Shown in pieces: positions 49,667 through 57,724 of a stretch of DNA of 64,000 nucleotides; within the stretch, counting starts at the first letter, position 1, and the number at the start of each line of letters is the position of its first letter. The stretch is taken from positions 800,001 to 864,000 of the forward strand of contig JAKFCY010000002.1 in the NCBI GenBank assembly GCA_036676395.1. The letters are read 5' to 3'. The DNA is from Bdellovibrio sp. GTDB lineage: Bacteria; Bdellovibrionota; Bdellovibrionia; Bdellovibrionales; Bdellovibrionaceae. Position numbers and translations under genes: made by a program. The notes beneath the pieces are model-generated. The model searched no databases and was not told where the DNA came from. It saw only the letters and a list, made by a program, of their open reading frames with translations.

Positions 49667-50296
49667 ATGCACGTTTGCAGTTTGAAATCTATTTTAAGTC
49701 TTTCATTGGTTATGGCCTTTGCTTCAGCAGGATTAGCTGCTGGCAAGTCTAATCTGGTTAAGCCAAGTCAAATGGATAAGACCAAGTACTGCCAAGATCA
49801 AGAAAAATTAAAGACCTTAACTTCAATTGTGCATTTAGATGAACGCAACAGGATTGACCGTATCGTTATTCAAAAGAGCACTAAGCAATTACATTTATTA
49901 AGCCAAAGCCGAATCTATAAAACCTATAACGTGGCTTTTGGTTTTGGATTTTCAGAGGGTAATAAAGTCAAAATGAAAGACGGCCGTACGCCAGAAGGTC
50001 TTTATCACGTAGAACTTAAAAATGCGCAGTCAGCCTATCACAGAGCCTTACGAGTCTCTTACCCAAATGCTAATGATGTGGCCTTTGCTAAAGCTAACAG
50101 AGTAAACCCTGGTTCAGACATCATGATTCATGGTTTTCCGAGTGGTAAAAACAAAGACTTTGCCCGTTGGGCTTTATCAGAAACGCACCCGAAATTTAAT
50201 TGGACACAAGGTTGTATCGCAGTAACTGATAAAGAAATAGAAGAAATTTTTTCGTTAGTTACGGTTAACACCGCGATCGAAATCTGCCCGCGTTGA
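49667..50296 (+). CDS. L,D-transpeptidase/carboxypeptidase (YkuD, YafK-like)
   Basis: DGRTPEG, SYPN, IMIHG, WTQGCIAV. Confidence 0.9.
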   Translation: MHVCSLKSILSLSLVMAFASAGLAAGKSNLVKPSQMDKTKYCQDQEKLKTLTSIVHLDERNRIDRIVIQKSTKQLHLLSQSRIYKTYNVAFGFGFSEGNKVKMKDGRTPEGLYHVELKNAQSAYHRALRVSYPNANDVAFAKANRVNPGSDIMIHGFPSGKNKDFARWALSETHPKFNWTQGCIAVTDKEIEEIFSLVTVNTAIEICPR

Positions 50297-50425
50297 TTAA
50301 ACACCACGAGCGTGTCAAAAAGTTTACCATCACCCCTTAGACCTAATTCAATATAACGCCAAGGCAACTGGTCCTTATATTGGAATGTATTCATGCATAA
50401 CTTTAAAAAACAAAGGTGTGTCATA

Positions 50426-51757
50426 ATGAAACATTCAGTAATTATCAGAAATTTAGTGTTATTAAGCCTGGTTTCAACGTCAGTAAATCCTGCTTGGGCA
50501 CACGTCAATGGTAAAGACACCTATCGCGTAGAGATCACTATGGATCAAGCAGCGCGCGAATCATTAAAATCAAAAGATAAAGTTGAAGTTTCAGAAGCAA
50601 ACTTAAAAGTCTACTCTGAAGGTCAGTTAACTGATGAAGAGCAAGTATCAGTATCAACTCGTGGCCAAAGCTCATTAAAATTTCCGCGTAAAAACTTTGC
50701 CGTAAAAGCCCTTAAAGAAGCTGATGGCGAAAGTAAAAAACTTAAAGTTGGCGGCATTAAATCAAAGAGCATTACGATGTCAGCAAGCCCTGAAGATTTA
50801 TTATTCGTAAAAAATAGCATCGGTTACAGTTTATTAAAAGCTATCGGCATTCATTCGTTAAAAACTCAGTTTGCTGAAGTTAAATTAAATGGTGTTTCGC
50901 AAGGGTTATATATGTTAACCGAGAACCAAACAGACAATTTAATGAAAGAACAAGATGCTGAAATTGTTATCCGCCGCAGATACAATGATGCCTTAGAAGT
51001 CAAAGACGCTAAAAAAGAATTGTCTGAAGCAGATATTTTAAAATACCAAGCTACTTTAAAAAGTGTTCATAAATCTATTCGTGAAATGCAAGGCAGTCAC
51101 TTAATTGCGACTTTAGAGAAAAATTTAAATCTTAAAAATTACTTAAAATGGTTAGCTTTTAATTATATCGTTAAAAACGGCGACTATTCAGATGAAATTT
51201 ATTTCTATGGTAAAAAGAATGCTGCCGGTGAAATTTATTTCGATGTTTCTCCGTGGGATATGGATGATTCATTTTCTGACAAAATGCACTTAAGTGGTTT
51301 TCCAGGTGGTCCGAATTACCATATGACCGAGAATTCTCAGAAACAAATGATTTATAATTACGAAAGCCGTATCGACCGCAAAGTTGCAGGTGATGCCAAG
51401 TTATTACGTATGTACTTTGAAGCTATGGATGAAGTGGTCAGTACTTTATCGCAAAATGACGTGCTCTTTAATATTCAGCAAAAGATCTTGGGCAATTTAG
51501 CTCCATATATTCAAGATGCAGATATTCAGGCAAATGGTTTATTAGACTCTGTTCAAACTCGCCATACGCCTGCAGCTATTGAAGACAATGTAAAAATCAA
51601 AATGGCTAAAATCCAATTGCGCATGCAAGAAGTTAAAGAAGAACTTGAAGTGATTAAAACTGAAGAAAACCTGAATCACCGCGTACTTGATTTGTCTGGT
51701 TTAAGAAAAGTTCTAATTAAAATTGATAACGTTTTATTAAGACATTTTACTAAATAG
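50426..51757 (+). CDS. CotH-family atypical protein kinase, secreted
   Basis: Signal peptide; RGQSS..RKNF, LNG..GLY..E, NGD, PWDMD. Confidence 0.82.
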   Translation: MKHSVIIRNLVLLSLVSTSVNPAWAHVNGKDTYRVEITMDQAARESLKSKDKVEVSEANLKVYSEGQLTDEEQVSVSTRGQSSLKFPRKNFAVKALKEADGESKKLKVGGIKSKSITMSASPEDLLFVKNSIGYSLLKAIGIHSLKTQFAEVKLNGVSQGLYMLTENQTDNLMKEQDAEIVIRRRYNDALEVKDAKKELSEADILKYQATLKSVHKSIREMQGSHLIATLEKNLNLKNYLKWLAFNYIVKNGDYSDEIYFYGKKNAAGEIYFDVSPWDMDDSFSDKMHLSGFPGGPNYHMTENSQKQMIYNYESRIDRKVAGDAKLLRMYFEAMDEVVSTLSQNDVLFNIQQKILGNLAPYIQDADIQANGLLDSVQTRHTPAAIEDNVKIKMAKIQLRMQEVKEELEVIKTEENLNHRVLDLSGLRKVLIKIDNVLLRHFTK

Positions 51758-51778
51758 TATTTTAACGGAGTTTCGCCC

Positions 51779-53080
51779 ATGTTAGCAAAAACTTTAGGTT
51801 TAGTTTTATTCGCTTCAACATTCACCCTGTCTGCTTTTGCAGGTAAGGGTGAAGACATTATAGAAAAGACAAACTTAATAATGACTTCTGAAGAAACTTG
51901 CGCTGGTGTCATCGACAGCCACATGCAGCTTATTGAAGATAGTGAAGAGTACTTTGCTAAAACTTTTGCTATTCCTGCGCATCAGTTAAAGCCTCATGAG
52001 ATCACGGTCATTCAAAAAGTCTTAAAGGTTCGCTTTGACCATTTAATGAAAGTAGTGGCGAAATTTCACTCTGTATCTGATTGTAATCTTCCGAATTTAG
52101 GTAATGTTGTAGCGGTGTATGATTTTAATGTTTTAGCTGAATCAACAATGAAACATTCGTATTCACGCAAAATGCTACATAGCTTTACTAAAGCTGCTGA
52201 TTACGGGATGCGAGATTTTAAAGAGCAGTATAATCATTTTACCAGACTTAAAACCATTGAAGACGTTCGCGGTAGCTTAACCCAGCAAGATTTAGGCTTA
52301 TTACAAATGTTTAATTTAAAAGTAGACCAAGACCAAAACGGCACAAAAATTTCAACAACCGGTGATGCTTTAACGCGCGTCTGGGGCTGGGTTTTAGGTA
52401 AAGGCTTAGTTCGCTCTTGGGGTATGCTTTCTGACAACTTAAAAGTTCGTCACGGTTATTTACGCGATTATCGGTTAGTGCGCGCTACGATTGAAGAATC
52501 ATTAAAGCCGTTAGATTTACTATTTGAACAACGCCGTTTTGTGCTTTCAAATTTAACCATTCCAGGTCACTGGGGGCATACCGCTGTTTGGTTAGGAACA
52601 AAAAAAGAACTACAAGCTTTAGGTTTGTGGGATCGTGAAGACTTCGCCGTATTTAGAAAACAAGTAGAGCTTGGAAAAAATATCGTGCAGATGCGTAAAG
52701 AAGGCGTTGTGTTCAGTTCATTAAAAGAATTTATGAATTTAGACGAAATCGCTGTGATGCGTGTGAATAGCGCCCAGATTAATCCAGCCGCGGTATACCC
52801 ATTAATGGCCGAGCAATTAAATAAAAATTATGATTTTAGTTTTGACTCTACAACACTGGGTAAAATTACTTGTACTGAGTTTGTGAGTTTTTCTTTCGGC
52901 GAAATTACATGGCCTAGCCGCACGCAGATGGGTCGTACTGTGATTGCTCCCGATGATATGGCAAAGCTATCGATCGACAGTGGGCAGGCTCACTTGGTGC
53001 TTTATTTCGGAAGTGATTCAGGTAAAGTTCGCCAAAAAACTGTTAAAGACTGGTTCAATAATTTTAACCCGCAAAAATAA
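51779..53080 (+). CDS. Permuted NlpC/P60 (YiiX/YebB-like) cysteine hydrolase, secreted
   Basis: LKPLDLL..IPGHWGHTAVWLG...YDFSF...ITCTEFV. Confidence 0.82.
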   Translation: MLAKTLGLVLFASTFTLSAFAGKGEDIIEKTNLIMTSEETCAGVIDSHMQLIEDSEEYFAKTFAIPAHQLKPHEITVIQKVLKVRFDHLMKVVAKFHSVSDCNLPNLGNVVAVYDFNVLAESTMKHSYSRKMLHSFTKAADYGMRDFKEQYNHFTRLKTIEDVRGSLTQQDLGLLQMFNLKVDQDQNGTKISTTGDALTRVWGWVLGKGLVRSWGMLSDNLKVRHGYLRDYRLVRATIEESLKPLDLLFEQRRFVLSNLTIPGHWGHTAVWLGTKKELQALGLWDREDFAVFRKQVELGKNIVQMRKEGVVFSSLKEFMNLDEIAVMRVNSAQINPAAVYPLMAEQLNKNYDFSFDSTTLGKITCTEFVSFSFGEITWPSRTQMGRTVIAPDDMAKLSIDSGQAHLVLYFGSDSGKVRQKTVKDWFNNFNPQK

Positions 53081-53138
53081 ATTGAAACATATTTAAACCT
53101 ATGATTTGGTTCTACCATTACAAATCATAGGGGTAGTT

Positions 53139-53990
53139 ATGCGTCTTGTTGGTTTTTTAACTTTATTGTTTTCGGCACACGTTGCGTTCGCACAAATTGA
53201 ATTCAATGAAACTAAATATGACGAAGGCACATTGTTCGCGCCGGCATTTAATATGTCAAAAATCGATTTCGAATTAACAGATTTGTTAGCCGACAACGGC
53301 ACTTCACAACTGTGTGCGCCGATGGCGATCACGCACGCCTTTGAGTTTTTAAAAAATTACCGCAATCCAGGTTTTGCAAACCTTCCGACGGTTGCAGACC
53401 TTGATAATGATGGCCAAGCCAACACCTTTAAAGACCGCGTTCGCTATTTCTTTCAAACTTGCAGTACTGATCGAAATGAAGGAACCCGCTACCGCCAAGC
53501 GATTGGCTGTATGGATGCATTTATTAAAACCAGTTCGTATCAGTCTTGGGCGTATATGATCGGCCCGCATTCAGTGAGTGCGCCGGTGGGTAGCCCATTA
53601 GATGCGGTTCAACATGTGCTGCGTTTATCTGAAATTAAATATTACGTGGCTCACCAGACTGCTGTTTTGATGGGCATCGGTTGGTATAAGTTTAATCCAG
53701 CCACGCAAATGTATGAGCGCACCGGCGGGCATTTCTTTAATGTTTATGGGTATGCAGCCATGACAGCTTGGGGAGAAGATCAGAGTGATCTTTTCGCCGT
53801 AAACTCATGGATTGATTACCGCAGTCGACCGGCTAATCAGCAATACGACACGATCAAAATCAGCAGCACAAAGTATCTTAATCAGGCGTCTATGCCCGCA
53901 GAAGTTGCCTATGAATTAACAGGTGAGGGGTTTGATTTTGCTGAATATAAAGCCTTTGTCGAAGACATTTTTGTAGCATTTCCTTATTAA
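53139..53990 (+). CDS. Secreted papain-like cysteine protease (putative)
   Basis: Signal peptide; SQLCAP (Cys), GGHFFNVYGY (His), AVNSW (Asn). Confidence 0.65.
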   Translation: MRLVGFLTLLFSAHVAFAQIEFNETKYDEGTLFAPAFNMSKIDFELTDLLADNGTSQLCAPMAITHAFEFLKNYRNPGFANLPTVADLDNDGQANTFKDRVRYFFQTCSTDRNEGTRYRQAIGCMDAFIKTSSYQSWAYMIGPHSVSAPVGSPLDAVQHVLRLSEIKYYVAHQTAVLMGIGWYKFNPATQMYERTGGHFFNVYGYAAMTAWGEDQSDLFAVNSWIDYRSRPANQQYDTIKISSTKYLNQASMPAEVAYELTGEGFDFAEYKAFVEDIFVAFPY

Positions 53991-54060
53991 TAAATTTCTT
54001 GACGAATATGTGTGGCGAGCATTAGATTGTCCCTCACAGCGTTATACGCGTTTAAAAAAC

Positions 54061-54136
54061 GCGGGAGTAGCTCAGTTGATAGAGCGATGCCTTGCCAAGG
54101 CATAGGTCGCGGGTTTGAGTCCCGTCTCCCGCTCCA
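54061..54136 (+). tRNA. tRNA-Gly(GCC)
   Basis: GCGGGAG/CTCCCGC acceptor stem, loop TT-GCC-AA, U73, CCA; variant D- and T-loops. Confidence 0.93.
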
Positions 54137-54176
54137 ATTTTTCGATCGAAAAATTGGCTTGTTTACCCTTAAATTT

Positions 54177-54230
54177 TAAATATAAAAAAACCCGATAGAA
54201 ATATCGGGTTTTGTTTTTTGTGGGTTTGAT
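54177..54230 (+). repeat. 54-bp direct repeat, left copy (contains terminator hairpin)
   Basis: TAAATATAAAAAAACCCGATAGAAATATCGGGTTTTGTTTTTTGTGGGTTTGAT, identical to 56866-56919. Confidence 0.95.
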
Positions 54231-54348
54231 TAGTGGTTTTTTGTCTAATTTTTTTAAAGTATCTGACTCTTTGCAAAAATGGCCAGTAATCTTTACTTCA
54301 ATCGGCAATTTCAAGACAATTCAGTCTTATTCAATTTGGGAGTTAGAT

Positions 54349-56844
54349 ATGAACTTACAAGCAGAAAGAAATATTCCTCACTCAATTATTAAAGCTTGTT
54401 TGCTAAAAATGAGTGATGGTTTTAGGTTCGAAGATTTTGCTAAAGCGATTTTAAATATTACTCAAGGATTAAACTTTGTTCCTGTCGGCGGTATTCATGA
54501 TGGTGGTCAAGATTCATTTGTGTATGAGTCGAGCGACAAGCGTATAGTTTATCAATTTAGTATCAGGAAAGATTGGCGAACTAAAATTAGGAAGACAATT
54601 GAGCGAATTCAAGCCAATCCTCAGTTTAACGGGATTACTTTTTCTGTGATTTATGTCACGAATATTGAAATTGAACAAAGCGAAATAGATACCTTTCAGA
54701 TAAAAATTTTAACCGAAACAGGAGTAAATTGCCTGATTCTCGAAAACTCTAAATTGACTCTAGAAGTTGATAGCTTAGAAGAGACGAGGAAGCAGTTTAT
54801 AGATTTTTGCACCAGATTTGCAGTTTTTCTTGAAGTTGAAAATCAAGTTAAAGATATTTATTCTTCAGATGGACTAGACAACACGCTAGTTTATCTAAAA
54901 CATTTTTCGGAGAGTTCTGGACAAGTTGATTATTTAGAAATTCTAGTAAGCACCCATCTTTTTAATTGTTTGAAAGAAACTGATCCAGACAAAAAACTTT
55001 TCGTTAGCTACAGCAAATGCATTGAGTACATTTGTGGTCAACTTCCCAATCTTTCAAAAGATTTTATTTCTGAAAACGTTCAAAAAATCTTCAAACGTAT
55101 CGAGAAGAAACACAGAGATGATCGTGAGATTAGAGATCATCAAAATGAAGGTTACTGTTTAGCCTATTCAAAGCGTTTGCAAGTTCAGGAATTTATCGCG
55201 CAAGATGCTATTCTCTTCGAAAGATTCACGGCTGAACTTGTTGAACAAATAGCAATTTGTTCAAATGAGGTTATTAAAACAATAGATCCAAAAGTTGTTG
55301 AAGCTATAATCAAGGATGTGCTAGCTGAGGTTTTCCGCAGGCAAGGATTAGAAATTTCGGTCGCAATTCATGATCCAAAAAGTGCATATGTAAATGCAAA
55401 TCTGAAGGAAATTACACAGTCGGTTATCGCAACGAAGTATTCGACTACTTTAAATGCAAAAAAACTTCACATGCCGATTTTCGATATAGTTTATAATATT
55501 TTATGGAGACCAACTTCAATTCAAAAAGAATTTTGTACTTCACTTGCTAAAACTTTCTCTCTATTGTTTTTGGGACGGGCTGATGCGCATGTTGTAAAGC
55601 ACTTAAAGCAATCCGCACGCGGACTTCGTCTTTTGATGGGTACGGATGTTATTATTAAAGTTTTAGCTGAAATTCACTTACCCAATGAGCTACAAAGATT
55701 TACTAATTTAATAAGAAGCTTGAGAGCATCCCAAGTTACTTTATGCGTTTGCGATTCAATCTTAAGAGAAACGGCAGCGCATATTCGCTCCTCTATCAAT
55801 TGGTATCGTGAACATATTCAGCCTTCAGTTAAGGATGCAGAATCTGACCCTGCGCTACGGGAAGTGCTTGATTTTGAGGAAAGATTCTCCGGAAAAATTT
55901 TGATTCGGGCTCACTATCACGCGAAGAATGACGGTAAGGTAAAAACTTTTGAAGAATTTATCGAAAATTTCGTCGGCCCAAATCAAAATCACTTCTATAA
56001 AGATATTTTTGATTATCTTAGAGCTGAATTTGGAGTTGAGCAGGTAAATCAAAAAATAGCGGAAGAAGATAGGGATTTTCAGTTTGTTTTTAGTGAATTA
56101 ATGAAAGTAAATGGACGTGCATTAACAGAACACGCAAAAAGAATTATCATTGAAACAGACGCTAAAACTATCATGTGTACCTATCATCTTAGAAAAGATT
56201 ATCCAATTGGTCAAAATTTAGACTTTATTTTGCCAGAAAAAGTATGGTGGCTTACATTTGAATCTAAGATTTCAAAAGTTTATGGGAAGCTAGAAGAACG
56301 CTTCGGGAATTTACCAAATATCAACCCGGTTGTTATTGTAAGTTTGCTTGCCAATTTAGATGTTTTAACTTCGAAAAGCACTTTTGATTCAGTTTTGGGA
56401 ACGGCAATCGGGATTAATATGTCTCACACCGTACCAGACGAAATTGTGGAAATGCTAAATACGACGTATCAATCGGTAAAGACTATGAACAAGGGTAAAA
56501 AAGCTCAACTAATGAGACGGATATTCGAGAATCTGCAGGCAGGGGATTTCGATAAAGTGACTCATTATTTTGAGGACTACTTTTCTCAAGTGAAAAAGGA
56601 GCAAGGCCGCATCGAAGAAATTCATGCTAATATGAAGGGGAATATGGACCCAAAAGAAATTTGGAAGGCAGTTTCCTTAGTTGAAAGCAATCCAATTAAG
56701 CGCGTGATTTTGTTTAAAGAGGTTACTGAAGAGTCTTTTCCTAGAACACTAGCAATCTTGAAAGATGTTGGGTTGAGTGACGAAGTACAAGCATTTCTTG
56801 ATAATCATGGACAAAACGCATTATCCAAAATTCCAGACGTTTAA
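54349..56844 (+). CDS. Large protein with N-terminal restriction-endonuclease-like and C-terminal PIN-like regions (candidate defence protein)
   Basis: GGAG SD; FEDF..GGIHDGGQD..YQFS; LLMGTDVII..ILRET..ETDA..WWLT. Confidence 0.7.
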   Translation: MNLQAERNIPHSIIKACLLKMSDGFRFEDFAKAILNITQGLNFVPVGGIHDGGQDSFVYESSDKRIVYQFSIRKDWRTKIRKTIERIQANPQFNGITFSVIYVTNIEIEQSEIDTFQIKILTETGVNCLILENSKLTLEVDSLEETRKQFIDFCTRFAVFLEVENQVKDIYSSDGLDNTLVYLKHFSESSGQVDYLEILVSTHLFNCLKETDPDKKLFVSYSKCIEYICGQLPNLSKDFISENVQKIFKRIEKKHRDDREIRDHQNEGYCLAYSKRLQVQEFIAQDAILFERFTAELVEQIAICSNEVIKTIDPKVVEAIIKDVLAEVFRRQGLEISVAIHDPKSAYVNANLKEITQSVIATKYSTTLNAKKLHMPIFDIVYNILWRPTSIQKEFCTSLAKTFSLLFLGRADAHVVKHLKQSARGLRLLMGTDVIIKVLAEIHLPNELQRFTNLIRSLRASQVTLCVCDSILRETAAHIRSSINWYREHIQPSVKDAESDPALREVLDFEERFSGKILIRAHYHAKNDGKVKTFEEFIENFVGPNQNHFYKDIFDYLRAEFGVEQVNQKIAEEDRDFQFVFSELMKVNGRALTEHAKRIIIETDAKTIMCTYHLRKDYPIGQNLDFILPEKVWWLTFESKISKVYGKLEERFGNLPNINPVVIVSLLANLDVLTSKSTFDSVLGTAIGINMSHTVPDEIVEMLNTTYQSVKTMNKGKKAQLMRRIFENLQAGDFDKVTHYFEDYFSQVKKEQGRIEEIHANMKGNMDPKEIWKAVSLVESNPIKRVILFKEVTEESFPRTLAILKDVGLSDEVQAFLDNHGQNALSKIPDV

Positions 56845-56865
56845 TGGGGGCTAGGTCTAAATGCA

Positions 56866-56919
56866 TAAATATAAAAAAACCCGATAGAAATATCGGGTTT
56901 TGTTTTTTGTGGGTTTGAT
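56866..56919 (+). repeat. 54-bp direct repeat, right copy
   Basis: Identical to 54177-54230. Confidence 0.95.
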
Positions 56920-56938
56920 AAAGAAATCTTATCAGCAA

Positions 56939-57436
56939 TTATTTAAAAATTTCGATCACGTATCCAACTGTTGTACTGTTAGCTCTCAACATTTTGTAGG
57001 CAGCTTGTTCAAATATTTGATCGCCTTCAGGATTTTCAGGGATATTAGAAAGCATTTCGTTTGAAATTTTTGATACTGAATCTGAATGAACCTTAGCTCC
57101 GGCTTTTAGCTCAGCTGAACGTTTTTCAACTGGTATTTTTACTATAATGCATGCCGCTTCTGTAAGTAAAAGCGCCATATCATCAGGGCTGGTTTTTGCG
57201 GCTTCGGCATTGTCATTTAAAACGGTTTGTAACTCTTTTTTAAGAGCTCTACCTAATTGAATTACAGGAATAAGATCTCCGTCTGTCTGCATATCATAGC
57301 GGTCTACAGCTGCGACAAGGATCGCATCAGCTTCTTCTGGCTTGCATGTAATCGGCGTATCATTGATATCTTTTTGCGCGAAAGCTGAAGTTGTAGTTAC
57401 TAAGATAGACGCCATTAAAATAATTAGTGTTTTCAT
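56939..57436 (-). CDS. Hypothetical secreted protein
   Basis: MKTLII..AFA signal peptide. Confidence 0.72.
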   Translation of the reverse strand: MKTLIILMASILVTTTSAFAQKDINDTPITCKPEEADAILVAAVDRYDMQTDGDLIPVIQLGRALKKELQTVLNDNAEAAKTSPDDMALLLTEAACIIVKIPVEKRSAELKAGAKVHSDSVSKISNEMLSNIPENPEGDQIFEQAAYKMLRANSTTVGYVIEIFK

Positions 57437-57561
57437 ACATTGGGTAAATGCACTGGACATACCAAAACACAAAGTGTCTCAGGGTAAATATATTTGATTT
57501 CAGGCTGTCTAAAATTTTGAAAAGGCGCAAAATTGGTAGGCGCCTCAGGTTGAGATTCAGG

Positions 57562-57582
57562 CTTTTTACATCTTTTTTACGC
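57562..57582 (+). promoter_or_regulatory. KdpE-binding box candidate
   Basis: CTTTTTACATCTTTTTTACGC resembles the T-rich KdpE site upstream of kdpFABC. Confidence 0.6.
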
Positions 57583-57632
57583 GATTCAGCCGTAACCTCG
57601 ATTCTACAAGATTCAGCTTTGGAGGTTTTTAT

Positions 57633-57716
57633 ATGGAATTTGTCATTGCAGGGCTAATTGGTACCGCAGTCCTAGCGTATTTAACTTATGCTCTTTTTAA
57701 TCCGGAAAAGTTTTGA
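57633..57716 (+). CDS. kdpF: K+-transporting ATPase subunit F
   Basis: GGAGG SD; MEFVIAGLIGTAVLAYLTYALFNPEKF (too short for the ORF track). Confidence 0.9.
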   Translation: MEFVIAGLIGTAVLAYLTYALFNPEKF

Positions 57717-57724
57717 GGGCTTAT

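Larger units (their letters stand above)
54177..56919. mobile_element. Putative single-gene inserted cassette downstream of tRNA-Gly
   Basis: Bounded by perfect 54-bp direct repeats; one AT-rich gene; no integrase. Confidence 0.65.

Noticed and set aside
54061..54136. tRNA-Gly as a non-proteinogenic cell-wall tRNA or a pseudogene
   Set aside because: Stems are intact, the loop changes are compensatory, T-stem pairs suit EF-Tu, and no Fem-type transferase is nearby
54211..54348. N-terminal extension of the 877-aa ORF
   Set aside because: Its TTG start lies inside the repeat/terminator; ATG 54349 has a GGAG SD
54177..56919. 54-bp repeats as a CRISPR array or integron attC sites
   Set aside because: Only two copies 2.7 kb apart, no cas or intI gene, and no RYYYAAC/GTTRRRY ends
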